NCBI GenBank assembly: GCA_040221415.1
Contig: JAVKEN010000009.1
Location: 1,650 to 65,649, forward strand
Source of the DNA: Rickettsiales bacterium
GTDB taxonomy: Bacteria; Pseudomonadota; Alphaproteobacteria; Rickettsiales; JABSSG01
Length of the DNA stretch: 64,000 nucleotides
Reading direction: 5' to 3'
Of this stretch, positions 45,718-54,730 are shown in pieces. How positions within the stretch are numbered: position 1 is the first letter of the stretch; every line of letters starts with the position of its first letter. The notes under the pieces were generated by a model. That model made no database searches. It was not told the DNA's origin and was given only the letters and a program-made list of their open reading frames with translations. A program made the translations under genes and the position numbers.

Positions 45718-46431
45718 TCAATTTTTTTTATCTATGTACTTATTCCACAGGTCGGGTCGGCACTTTCTAGTGATTTTTTCTGATTCTTCTAAGCGCCATT
45801 TGGCAATTTTATTATGATCACCTGAAAGCAAAATATCAGGAATACGATAATCATTCCAAATATTAGGTTTTGTATATTGGGGATATTCCAAAAGATCCTG
45901 ATACTGCCCCTTATTAAAACTTTCCTCAAGATGAGGGTTCTTGCCAGACAACACTCCCGGAACCAATCTAATACATGAATCAATTATGGCTTGTGCCGCC
46001 ACTTCTCCCCCAGACAATATATAATCGCCAATACTAATCTCTTCTAGCTCATGATGATCTATTATTCTTTGATCTACTCCTTCATAACGACCGCAAACAA
46101 ACATAACGTTCTTATAACTAACTATTTCATGTGCAATTTCTTGATTAAATACTCTGCCGCGGGGTGAAAGAAGGTATTTTCTCCTTATCCCATCTTCATT
46201 TGAAATAACGGCCTCAGAGAGAACATCTGGCTTAATAATCATCCCATGTCCACCACCAGCAGGCTTATCGTCAGTCGTTTGGTGCTTATCTTTAGCGTAA
46301 TCTCTTATGTTTATAACTTCAAAATCCCAAAGTTTGTTCTTAGATCGATTAGGGATGGATACTCCTAATGCTCCTGGGAACGCTTCAGGAAATAATGTTA
46401 GAACTCGTGCAAAAAAACTTAATTCACGCAC
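45718..46431 (-). CDS. trmD: tRNA (guanine-N1)-methyltransferase
   Basis: LTLFPE, DD.P.GGG.GM, CGRYEGVDQR, SIGDYILSGGE, LEYPQYT.P, LLSGDH. Confidence 0.97.
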   Translation of the reverse strand: MRELSFFARVLTLFPEAFPGALGVSIPNRSKNKLWDFEVINIRDYAKDKHQTTDDKPAGGGHGMIIKPDVLSEAVISNEDGIRRKYLLSPRGRVFNQEIAHEIVSYKNVMFVCGRYEGVDQRIIDHHELEEISIGDYILSGGEVAAQAIIDSCIRLVPGVLSGKNPHLEESFNKGQYQDLLEYPQYTKPNIWNDYRIPDILLSGDHNKIAKWRLEESEKITRKCRPDLWNKYIDKKN

Positions 46432-47299
46432 AATACTTTTTTTTAGACTGAGGATTTTTGTGTTTGTATATAGCTGTATACTTTTTTATCAAGCTTGCCA
46501 GACCATGATTATCATTCATAAGAGCGTAATCGTAAGCTGTCCTACCAAATTTGTCTTTAACTAATGGGTCTGCGCCATTTTTAATCAACTCCCTAGCCAT
46601 ATTGTTGTTATTACTTCGAGCTGCAACAGCAAGAGGAGTGGCCCCCAAATTATTTTTTTCATTAACGTATGCCCCTTTGTACAGCAACATTCTGGCTATA
46701 TCATTCTTATGATACAAGACAGCATAAGAAAACAGCGAATACCCCTCAGAATTTTTAATATGCAATATATTGAAATTGTTAACCATAGCTACCACGGCAT
46801 TACTGTCATTTTCAATTATTGCGTCAAAAGACTGCTTCTTTAGTTCACTCACATGTAGTGGCATAGGAATGTTATTACCTTTCTCGTAATATACATTGCC
46901 TGGTAAATAGGTTGTTTTAAAATTTGTAGCCAAAAATTTGTTCAATTTCTCCATCGCTTTTAACTGATGGGGTGTTTTATCTAAATAATTTAAAGCCGCT
47001 AATTTACGAAAAAATCCAACTGTCGAATCGTTTGGTAATTTTACAGTTGGGTCAACATAGTCAAAATACTTAATGCTTTGTCTATTAGAAGACTTACTGG
47101 TAACCAAATTTACAAAATAAGAATACGCAGCACTAGTTTTTTTTCTTACCGCAGTAGGGTTAAGCTTAACCGGTGGCTTTGGAGCATTAGCATACCTATT
47201 ATAAATATTTGGTGCCGGCCTAACATACTCCGCTGACAGAGCAGAAAGGTTAAGACACCAAATAAATACGTGAATAATAAATAATTTACCTATTGCCAT
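46424..47299 (-). CDS. Exported ankyrin repeat protein (RARP-1 C-terminal-like)
   Basis: Hydrophobic N-terminal signal (ending LSA); C-terminal ankyrin repeats GYSLFSYAV, GATPLAVAA, GRTAYDYA. Confidence 0.85.
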   Translation of the reverse strand: MAIGKLFIIHVFIWCLNLSALSAEYVRPAPNIYNRYANAPKPPVKLNPTAVRKKTSAAYSYFVNLVTSKSSNRQSIKYFDYVDPTVKLPNDSTVGFFRKLAALNYLDKTPHQLKAMEKLNKFLATNFKTTYLPGNVYYEKGNNIPMPLHVSELKKQSFDAIIENDSNAVVAMVNNFNILHIKNSEGYSLFSYAVLYHKNDIARMLLYKGAYVNEKNNLGATPLAVAARSNNNNMARELIKNGADPLVKDKFGRTAYDYALMNDNHGLASLIKKYTAIYKHKNPQSKKKYCA

Positions 47300-47744
47300 T
47301 ATTATTCATTTGGTTTGCAGCAGGTTGTTGAGGCTGCTGACCCATTTGTTGTTGACTTTGCTGTTGCGCAGCACCGTTTTGTTGCGCCACGTTTGCACTT
47401 GGAGAAGGCGCTGGAACAGTCACATTAGTCTGTGCTTGAGAAGGAATCTGAGAAGTTTGTTGCTGCATGTTATTATTCATTTGCTGTTGCTGCTGACCTG
47501 ATCCACGCAACATTCCCTGATTCTGATTTGGAGCTGCTTGTTGAGCTTGGTTCACATCAGATTGAGTTGATTGTGAAGATGCAGAAGAAGATTGCGCAGG
47601 AGTACCAACTGGAGATTGTTGAGACTTGTCTGGTTCATCCTCAGAACCTTTACTGTTTGAGAAAAAATACGCATTAGCAGACATTGAAAAACATACCGCT
47701 GAAACAGCCAAAATTGAAGATATTTTTTTAAACATAATACTCAC
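47286..47744 (-). CDS. Secreted Q/S/N-rich disordered protein
   Basis: Sec signal ending ANA; the remainder is low-complexity Q/S/N/P. Confidence 0.75.
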   Translation of the reverse strand: MSIMFKKISSILAVSAVCFSMSANAYFFSNSKGSEDEPDKSQQSPVGTPAQSSSASSQSTQSDVNQAQQAAPNQNQGMLRGSGQQQQQMNNNMQQQTSQIPSQAQTNVTVPAPSPSANVAQQNGAAQQQSQQQMGQQPQQPAANQMNNNGNR

Positions 47745-48184
47745 CCTTTAGATTTAAATTTTTCTACTAAATGGACAATCTCCTCTTTAACATGCGATTT
47801 AACAATCGAAGCAAGGTTGTCATCCATCCACGACTTAAGAAAGACTCTAATTTCTTTCCTAATAGCATCCTCAACATTAAGTCTATCAAACTTATTCTTT
47901 TCTGCAACTTTTTCAGAAAGCTCGCTAAGCTGAGTATTGATATCTCTTACAGTATCGTCACTAAGTAATGATGTACTCATAGACTCATTTTTTATCTCAT
48001 CCATGGTTGATATAAGAGATTCTCCAAAATCATCAACCATTTCAGTCAATTCGATAACATCCTGAGTATCAGGTCTGGATTCTTCAACTAGATCTGATTG
48101 CCTGTTTAACAGCTTATTCTTAATGCTATCCAAAACCGAGTCAACATCAAAGTGAGATTCCGCCATAAACTTAGAATGAGCCAA
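47741..48184 (-). CDS. popZ: Polar organizing protein PopZ (DUF2497)
   Basis: N-terminal VDSVLDSIK, DVIELTE, C-terminal VEDAIRKEIRVFLKSWMDDNLASIVKSHVKEEI; located after tolC. Confidence 0.82.
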   Translation of the reverse strand: MAHSKFMAESHFDVDSVLDSIKNKLLNRQSDLVEESRPDTQDVIELTEMVDDFGESLISTMDEIKNESMSTSLLSDDTVRDINTQLSELSEKVAEKNKFDRLNVEDAIRKEIRVFLKSWMDDNLASIVKSHVKEEIVHLVEKFKSKG

Positions 48185-49511
48185 TGAGCTCTTTAGTTAT
48201 TTTGTCGTAATTTTTAAGTGGATCGTAATAATTAACTTGAAGCTCTAAGTCTTTGGCTGTCATTTCACCAAGTTGAGCCTTTAAAGCATAGTAACGAATT
48301 CTATAATTCACCTTTTCATTTAAAAGTTGGATTAACGTATCAAAATAATTTGCTTGAGAAATAATCACATCAGTCGTATCCCTAGTGCCAGCTTGCTCTT
48401 CTATTTGCATACCTTCCCAAGCTATTTTAGCATACTCAAGAGCATCTTCCCTCGCTGCTAGCGAAGCTTTTGAAATCTCAAAATTCTGCCATGCCTCCAT
48501 TGTGGTATCGTATATGCTGTTGATCGTATTTTTATATTGGTATTCACCTCCCTTAGCAGCTCTTTTTGCCGACCTTAAACCCGACCAGTTTCTTCCCCCA
48601 TTAAATAAAGGCATAGTGACTGATAACGTCGTTGTATTCGTATAGCTGTTTTTTGCATTGGTTATCGTAGTATCTGCCCTGGTTCTACTAAACTCAACAT
48701 CTGCAGAAGGTAATAAATTAGCTCTTGCCACAGCAATACCATTATTGCCTGCATTCTTAGAATATTTAGCTTTTTCAACATTGGGATTCTTACTTGTAGA
48801 AATAGAGAAAGCATCGTCAACTGACACTGGCAATTCTAATCTCAGAGTAGGCATCTCTAACTCGCCCGCCTCTTCACCAATAACCGATTTAAATTTAGCC
48901 TGAGCAGATTTAACGCTCCCGACAGCTGCTATATTATCTGAAATCGCCTGAGAATATCGTGCTTCAGCCTGAGAAACATCTGTACGAGTAACCTCTCCCG
49001 CCTTAAATTTTTCTTTCATCGACTCAACCAATGTTCTATAGCTTTTTACCTTTTTGTCAGTAATATCACGAGTTTCCTTGGCCTTCACTACATTTAAGTA
49101 AGCCTGCGCTGCTTCAAAAAGTGTTTCCTGCTCTGCTGCTTTCAAGTTAGCTCGCGCAAGTAAAACTAGATTCTTCTGCTTAGCAAGCTCTGATATATCT
49201 CCGAAACTTCTAAAAACATTCTGTTTCACCGCTATGCCCTGCGAAATATTTGTACTTGTTTGCCTAGGTACCAATGAGTTGGATGTGTAATTCTTAATAT
49301 TGTTAAAAGTACTTTTTTTATTAACTTGCACTGTTGGCATAAAGCTACCAAGCGCTCTCATAATCCTTTCGTCTTCTTCTTTTAGCTTTTCTTGCTCTGC
49401 TTTTAATTTAGGATTAAAATCATAAGCTTTCTCAAGCGCCTCCTGCAATGACATCGCAAACGCCATATCTACACCAAATAACAAAACAACAAAGATGAGT
49501 ATTTTCTTCAT
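48171..49511 (-). CDS. tolC: TolC family outer membrane channel
   Basis: Signal peptide; AY..NP.L, GEVTRTDVSQAEAR, NP, PLFNGG, GTR.TTDV. Confidence 0.93.
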   Translation of the reverse strand: MKKILIFVVLLFGVDMAFAMSLQEALEKAYDFNPKLKAEQEKLKEEDERIMRALGSFMPTVQVNKKSTFNNIKNYTSNSLVPRQTSTNISQGIAVKQNVFRSFGDISELAKQKNLVLLARANLKAAEQETLFEAAQAYLNVVKAKETRDITDKKVKSYRTLVESMKEKFKAGEVTRTDVSQAEARYSQAISDNIAAVGSVKSAQAKFKSVIGEEAGELEMPTLRLELPVSVDDAFSISTSKNPNVEKAKYSKNAGNNGIAVARANLLPSADVEFSRTRADTTITNAKNSYTNTTTLSVTMPLFNGGRNWSGLRSAKRAAKGGEYQYKNTINSIYDTTMEAWQNFEISKASLAAREDALEYAKIAWEGMQIEEQAGTRDTTDVIISQANYFDTLIQLLNEKVNYRIRYYALKAQLGEMTAKDLELQVNYYDPLKNYDKITKELIGSF

Positions 49512-49630
49512 ATTTAACCGACAAAATCCTTCTAAATCATACCATGACAGATGTAAAAAGTAAATTTAACAAAATGATTTTACTTGAATATTTAACAATA
49601 GAGTATTAAAAATACCTACTCATCACTTTT

Positions 49631-49705
49631 GGCCGGATAGCAAAGTGGTAATGCAGGGGACTGCAAATCCTCTATTCGTCGGTTCGATTCCGACTCCGGC
49701 CTCCA
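49631..49705 (+). tRNA. tRNA-Cys (GCA)
   Basis: Cloverleaf: GGCCGGA/TCCGGCC acceptor stem, anticodon loop CTGCAAA, T-arm GTCGG-TTCGATT-CCGAC, discriminator T, encoded CCA. Confidence 0.97.
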
Positions 49706-49710
49706 ACCAA

Positions 49711-49739
49711 TTGCATATTTACTTCGGTCCAAATATACT
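49711..49739 (+). promoter_or_regulatory. Putative sigma70 promoter of xerD
   Basis: TTGCAT-N17-TATACT between the tRNA and xerD. Confidence 0.55.
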
Positions 49740-49753
49740 AAAGAGAAAACTCT

Positions 49754-50665
49754 ATGACAGCTGCAAGCTTACATATTGAAAACTTTCTTGAAATGATGCT
49801 CGTCGAAAGAGACGCATCGAAGAACACCATATCCTCGTATAGAAGTGATTTAGAGAAATTTTGCGAGCATACAAAAACTTCTATTGATGATGTTAAATCT
49901 GCAGATATTAGAAATTATATTTTTTATCTTGTAAGAAGCTCATTTGAAGCGCAAACAATCGCAAGAAAACTTTCAGCAATACGCCATTTTTTTAGATATT
50001 TATTCGAAGAAAAAATTATATCGGATAATCCGGCACTTGAAATTGATATGCCAAAATCCAATAAAAGCCTCCCTGATGTATTGAGTGAGTCTGAAGTTGT
50101 TTCTCTTCTTGAAGAAGCATCTTCAAAAGATAATCCTGAATCCCTACGAGATACTACGATGCTGGAAATTTTATATGCCACAGGAATGAGAGTGTCTGAG
50201 CTGGTTTCATTAAAAATAACTCAGATAAAAATGGAGAAAAATGTCATTCAGCCTTTTATTGAAATATTCGGCAAAGGAAATAAAGAAAGAATGGTTGCTT
50301 TAAATAGCAAGTCTACAGAGGCGCTAAAGAAATATTTGCCATTAAGAAAAATGTTGGCAAAAAATGAAGATAATAAATGGCTGTTTCCCTCTAAATTATC
50401 CAATGAAGGACATATTACTAGACAATATTTTGCTAAAACATTAAAAAAACTTGCCCTCAACGCCGGCATAAATCCAAAAAAAATTAGCCCTCACAAAATA
50501 AGACATTCTTTTGCAACTCACTTGTTAAATAATGGTGCCGATTTAAGAACTATACAGGAATTACTGGGACACGAAGACATAAGTACAACACAAATTTATA
50601 CTCATGTGGCCAACCAAAAATTAAAAGATACGATTGAGAAATTTCATCCCTTATCTAAGGATTAG
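49754..50665 (+). CDS. xerD: Site-specific tyrosine recombinase XerD
   Basis: [66 protein letters not shown]. Confidence 0.92.
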   Translation: MTAASLHIENFLEMMLVERDASKNTISSYRSDLEKFCEHTKTSIDDVKSADIRNYIFYLVRSSFEAQTIARKLSAIRHFFRYLFEEKIISDNPALEIDMPKSNKSLPDVLSESEVVSLLEEASSKDNPESLRDTTMLEILYATGMRVSELVSLKITQIKMEKNVIQPFIEIFGKGNKERMVALNSKSTEALKKYLPLRKMLAKNEDNKWLFPSKLSNEGHITRQYFAKTLKKLALNAGINPKKISPHKIRHSFATHLLNNGADLRTIQELLGHEDISTTQIYTHVANQKLKDTIEKFHPLSKD

Positions 50666-51495
50666 ATGGATTTAGCTAATTTATCAAACTCAATCAACTT
50701 GCCAACCAGAGACTCCATCTCTTCCAACCTAATCATGTTAGGTCCATCACTTGGAGCGTTATCCGGATCTTGATGCGTTTCCATAAACACCGCCGCTACT
50801 CCAACAGCAACAGCCGCCCTAGCAAGGGTTTTAGCAAATCTTCTATCTCCTCCTGAAGTTTTTCCTAAACCACCAGGTTGCTGAACTGAGTGCGTAGCAT
50901 CAAAAATTATTGGCGCACCTGTAGTTTCTGCCATAATCTCTAATGACCGCATATCAGATACAAGAGTGTTATACCCAAAACTTACTCCCCTTTCCGTAAG
51001 GGCAACATTATGATTTCCGAAATGATCTACTTTATCAACTATATTTTTAGCATCGTAAGGAGATAAGAATTGGCCCTTTTTAATATTAAGAACTTTCCCT
51101 GTTTTAGCCGCAGCTTGTAACAAATCAGTTTGCCTACACAAAAAAGCAGGTATTTGTATTACATCTACATAGTCTGCAATAATTGCGCATTGCTCCTCAT
51201 TATGAACATCAGTGACAATTGGACAGCCAAATTCTGTTTTTATTCTTTTGAAAATTGGTAACGCATTCTCGAGCCCTACTCCTCTCTGCGAAGAATAGCT
51301 TGATCTATTAGCCTTATCATAAGAAGATTTATAAATGAAATTTATACCCAACTTGTTACAAATTTTAGTGAGCGATTCAGCCATATAAAGCGAATGGTCC
51401 AAAGACTCTATTTGGCATGGCCCTGCAATTAATGCTAACGGCAAATCGTTTGCAATTTCAAAATCACTAATTTTAATTTTTCTATTTTTTACCAT
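50662..51495 (-). CDS. kdsA: 3-deoxy-8-phosphooctulonate (KDO8P) synthase
   Basis: [50 protein letters not shown]. Confidence 0.97.
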   Translation of the reverse strand: MVKNRKIKISDFEIANDLPLALIAGPCQIESLDHSLYMAESLTKICNKLGINFIYKSSYDKANRSSYSSQRGVGLENALPIFKRIKTEFGCPIVTDVHNEEQCAIIADYVDVIQIPAFLCRQTDLLQAAAKTGKVLNIKKGQFLSPYDAKNIVDKVDHFGNHNVALTERGVSFGYNTLVSDMRSLEIMAETTGAPIIFDATHSVQQPGGLGKTSGGDRRFAKTLARAAVAVGVAAVFMETHQDPDNAPSDGPNMIRLEEMESLVGKLIEFDKLAKSI

Positions 51496-53113
51496 TTTGA
51501 TCTCTTTTTATTGCTGCCCCTATTAAAGAACTAAACAACGGATGAGGAGCGAACGGTTTGGACAAAAACTCCGGATGAAACTGGACGGCGATCATCCATG
51601 GATGGCTTTTGTTTTCAACAATCTCCGCAAGTTTACCATCAGGAGACATACCTGAAAATACTAAATCTTTCGCAGAAAGTTTATCTTTGTAGTTAATATT
51701 GAATTCATACCTGTGTCGGTGTCTTTCAGAAATTTGTCCTTTTTTATAAATCTCATATGCTGTAGTGCCTTTTTCAACAACACACGGATATGCACCGAGA
51801 CGCATTGTTCCTCCTAAGTCATCATCTTTGCTCCGAAGCTCTTTAGTACTTCCCTTGCTCCACTCAGTCATTAAGCCAATTACTGGATCATTACATTTAC
51901 CAAACTCTGAAGAACAAGCATCTGGAATCCCTATAACGTTCCTAGCATACTCAACCACTGTAAGTTGCATACCTAAACATATGCCCAAGATCGGTACGTT
52001 ATTTTCTCTAGAGTATTTTATTGCTAATATTTTTCCTTCAATACCCTCGTTGCCAAATCCCCCAGGCACAACGACAGCATCTAAAGCATTCATTCTCTCA
52101 TCAACATTATCTTCTTTTAGTCTTCGCGCATTAATCCATTTAATATTAACAGTCACCTCTTTATCGATGGCAGCATGTTTTATAGCTTCCACTAAAGACA
52201 AATACGCATCATGCAAATTATATTTTCCGACTATACCAAGTGTTATTTCGTTTTTTGCGTTTTTTATTTTATGATTTATTTGCTCCCATTTAGACAAATC
52301 AGGTTTATTATTATTTAACCCAAAAGAATCTAATAACGCTCTGTCAAATCCAGCCTCATGATAGCTTAACGGAGCTTCGTAGATAATTTTTACATCTAAT
52401 GCAGGTATCACTCTATCAATATGAACATTACAGAATAGAGCTATTTTTTTTAATTCTGATTCAGGAATGTCTTTTGAAGATCTGCATAATAAAATATCTG
52501 GCTGAATACCAATAGCTCTGAGCTCTTTTACAGAGTGCTGGGTTGGCTTTGTTTTCAATTCTTTTGCAGCAGCTACGTATGGCAACAACGTCAAATGAAC
52601 AAATTTAGCATCGTCTGGTTGCAACTCGTTTCTTATTTGCCTTATAGCTTCGAAATAAGGTAACGCTTCTATATCACCTACCGTTCCGCCAATTTCACAT
52701 AAAACAAAATCGTAATTATCTGACTTAGTAAAAATAAATTCCTTTATCAAATTCGTTACATGAGGAATAACTTGAACTGTTCCACCTAAATATTCGCCTC
52801 TTCTCTCGCGCTGCAGAAGAGTTGAATAGATTTTACCAGACGTAACATTGTCATATTTAGTTGATGTAATACCGACAAATCTCTCATAATGCCCTAGATC
52901 AAGATCTGTTTCTGCACCATCATCCGTAACAAAAACCTCGCCATGTTGAGTCGGACTCATTGTGCCAGGATCGATGTTTAGATACGGATCCAATTTACGC
53001 AAACAAACTTTATAACCTCTGGCTTGTAGCAATGCACCTAAACTGGCAGAAGCTAAACCTTTACCCAATGAGGAAACTACACCACCAGTTATAAAGACAA
53101 ATTTTGTTTTCAT
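51482..53113 (-). CDS. pyrG: CTP synthase
   Basis: [49 protein letters not shown]. Confidence 0.98.
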   Translation of the reverse strand: MKTKFVFITGGVVSSLGKGLASASLGALLQARGYKVCLRKLDPYLNIDPGTMSPTQHGEVFVTDDGAETDLDLGHYERFVGITSTKYDNVTSGKIYSTLLQRERRGEYLGGTVQVIPHVTNLIKEFIFTKSDNYDFVLCEIGGTVGDIEALPYFEAIRQIRNELQPDDAKFVHLTLLPYVAAAKELKTKPTQHSVKELRAIGIQPDILLCRSSKDIPESELKKIALFCNVHIDRVIPALDVKIIYEAPLSYHEAGFDRALLDSFGLNNNKPDLSKWEQINHKIKNAKNEITLGIVGKYNLHDAYLSLVEAIKHAAIDKEVTVNIKWINARRLKEDNVDERMNALDAVVVPGGFGNEGIEGKILAIKYSRENNVPILGICLGMQLTVVEYARNVIGIPDACSSEFGKCNDPVIGLMTEWSKGSTKELRSKDDDLGGTMRLGAYPCVVEKGTTAYEIYKKGQISERHRHRYEFNINYKDKLSAKDLVFSGMSPDGKLAEIVENKSHPWMIAVQFHPEFLSKPFAPHPLFSSLIGAAIKRDQNGKK

Positions 53114-53415
53114 TATTGAGCGATAGGAATAGAGCTTTGTTGTTTTTCCTGTTTCTCTATTTTTGTTACAATATTATCTTTACTCTCACGTAAAGATAAA
53201 TTTGCTAGGACAATGCAGTTGATTATGAATAAAGCAAAAAGTACTGTAGTTACTTTTGATAAAAAATTAGCAGTGGATTTTGCAGAAAAAATTGCATCGT
53301 GACCTGAGCCACCACTTAAACCCTGAAGACCATCAGATTGAGATCTTTGCAGCAATATTGAGCCCACAAGCAAAACTGCAATTATAATATGAACAACCAT
53401 CAATACCGTTTCCAT
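53113..53415 (-). CDS. secG: Preprotein translocase subunit SecG
   Basis: ILLQRSQSDGL.GLSGG..NFLSKVT; tpiA-secG-pyrG order. Confidence 0.93.
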   Translation of the reverse strand: METVLMVVHIIIAVLLVGSILLQRSQSDGLQGLSGGSGHDAIFSAKSTANFLSKVTTVLFALFIINCIVLANLSLRESKDNIVTKIEKQEKQQSSIPIAQ

Positions 53416-54150
53416 TTAAACCTCACTAGCTAATGAAATAATTTTAGTAAACTCGTCAATCTTAAGACTTGCGCCACCTACCAACAGACCTGAAATATTT
53501 GAACAAGCCATAATGCTTTGGCAGTTAGTCGATTTAACCGAGCCACCATACAATATGCAGGCATTATTTTCAAATGAATTAAGTTTTTTTAATTCTGCTA
53601 AAATAACATGAGATGCAAATTCAATATCCTCAGTAGTGGGAATCTTTCCAGATCCTATTGCCCAAACTGGTTCATATGCGACAATAAATTTTTTCATCTT
53701 TCTATTTGGAGTCGACTCGGAGACTTGTTTCTTTAAAACATTAGCCGTCATCCCCGATTCTTTCTCTTTTAAAGTCTCGCCAACACATATAATAGGCAAC
53801 ATATCACTACTTATAACTTGCTCTGCTTTTTCTTTTGCTAAGATGCTGTTTTCATTATGCATATTTCTTCTTTCAGAGTGACCAACAATTACATATTTAC
53901 ACCCCAAATCTTTTAGCTGTTTTGCACTAACCTCACCTGTATGGGCTCCCTCTCTATACTCAGATACATTTTGTGCAGCAAGGCATAGGTTTGATTTACC
54001 AATTATATGCAAATATGGGAAAGAAGGCGCTATCACGATCTCATCAAGGATTTGTCTTTCATCCAAGAATCTCTTGAGTTGCGCAGACAATTCTTCGCTC
54101 GAAGAAGAACTCATATACATCTTCCAATTTCCAACAATTAATTTTTTCAT
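53416..54150 (-). CDS. tpiA: Triosephosphate isomerase
   Basis: GNWKM, GAHTGE, GHSERR, AYEPVWAIG, YGGSV, LVGGASL. Confidence 0.97.
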   Translation of the reverse strand: MKKLIVGNWKMYMSSSSSEELSAQLKRFLDERQILDEIVIAPSFPYLHIIGKSNLCLAAQNVSEYREGAHTGEVSAKQLKDLGCKYVIVGHSERRNMHNENSILAKEKAEQVISSDMLPIICVGETLKEKESGMTANVLKKQVSESTPNRKMKKFIVAYEPVWAIGSGKIPTTEDIEFASHVILAELKKLNSFENNACILYGGSVKSTNCQSIMACSNISGLLVGGASLKIDEFTKIISLASEV

Positions 54151-54243
54151 ATCATAACTCCATCTCTGAGAATGATTATAACTAAATAAATTTCAAATTC
54201 TATTATTTGAATCACTTAATATTTACGCTTGGTTAATAACTGA

Positions 54244-54272
54244 TTGATATAGAGGCAAAAAAATGCTATTTT
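54244..54272 (+). promoter_or_regulatory. Putative sigma70 promoter of queD
   Basis: TTGATA-N17-TATTTT with TGC before the -10. Confidence 0.45.
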
Positions 54273-54297
54273 TCATCACTATTTTATACGCTACTTT

Positions 54298-54729
54298 ATG
54301 ATTAGATGCACTAAAACCATTTCATTTGATGCCGCTCACAGAATAATAGGCCACGAAGGTAAATGTAAGTTTTTACATGGACATAGATATGTTTGTGAAG
54401 TTACTTTTGCATCGCCAGAATTAAATGACATGGGAATGGTAATAGATTTTGGTCATATAAAAGATCGATTAGGGAAATGGATAGATGAGCATTTTGACCA
54501 TAATCTTATTCTAGCAAAAGCAGATATAAATTTGATCAAAAGCTTAAAAAGCACCACTGAACAAACAATCTATCTAATGGAAAAAACTCCAACTGCTGAA
54601 AATATGGCTCTTCATATATTAAATGATATTTGCCCGACACTATTCCAAGATGAAAAGGCATATTGTGAAAAAATCAGATTATACGAATCTGCTAATAGCT
54701 ACGTAGAAGTATTTAGAACAAATAAGTGA
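54298..54729 (+). CDS. queD: 6-carboxytetrahydropterin synthase (6-PTPS family)
   Basis: FDAAHR....GKC..LHGH.Y, GMVIDF, FDH, PTAENMA, LYES. Confidence 0.9.
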   Translation: MIRCTKTISFDAAHRIIGHEGKCKFLHGHRYVCEVTFASPELNDMGMVIDFGHIKDRLGKWIDEHFDHNLILAKADINLIKSLKSTTEQTIYLMEKTPTAENMALHILNDICPTLFQDEKAYCEKIRLYESANSYVEVFRTNK

Positions 54730-54730
54730 T

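Noticed and set aside
49631-50665. tRNA-Cys directly followed by a tyrosine recombinase, resembling an integrative element
   Set aside because: The recombinase has XerD size and motifs, its own promoter and housekeeping neighbours; I saw no duplicated tRNA 3' end or cargo genes.
54151-54297. Possible preQ1 riboswitch upstream of queD (AGAGG followed by an A-run)
   Set aside because: No complementary CCTCT stem; the AGAGG lies in the spacer of a plausible sigma70 promoter.
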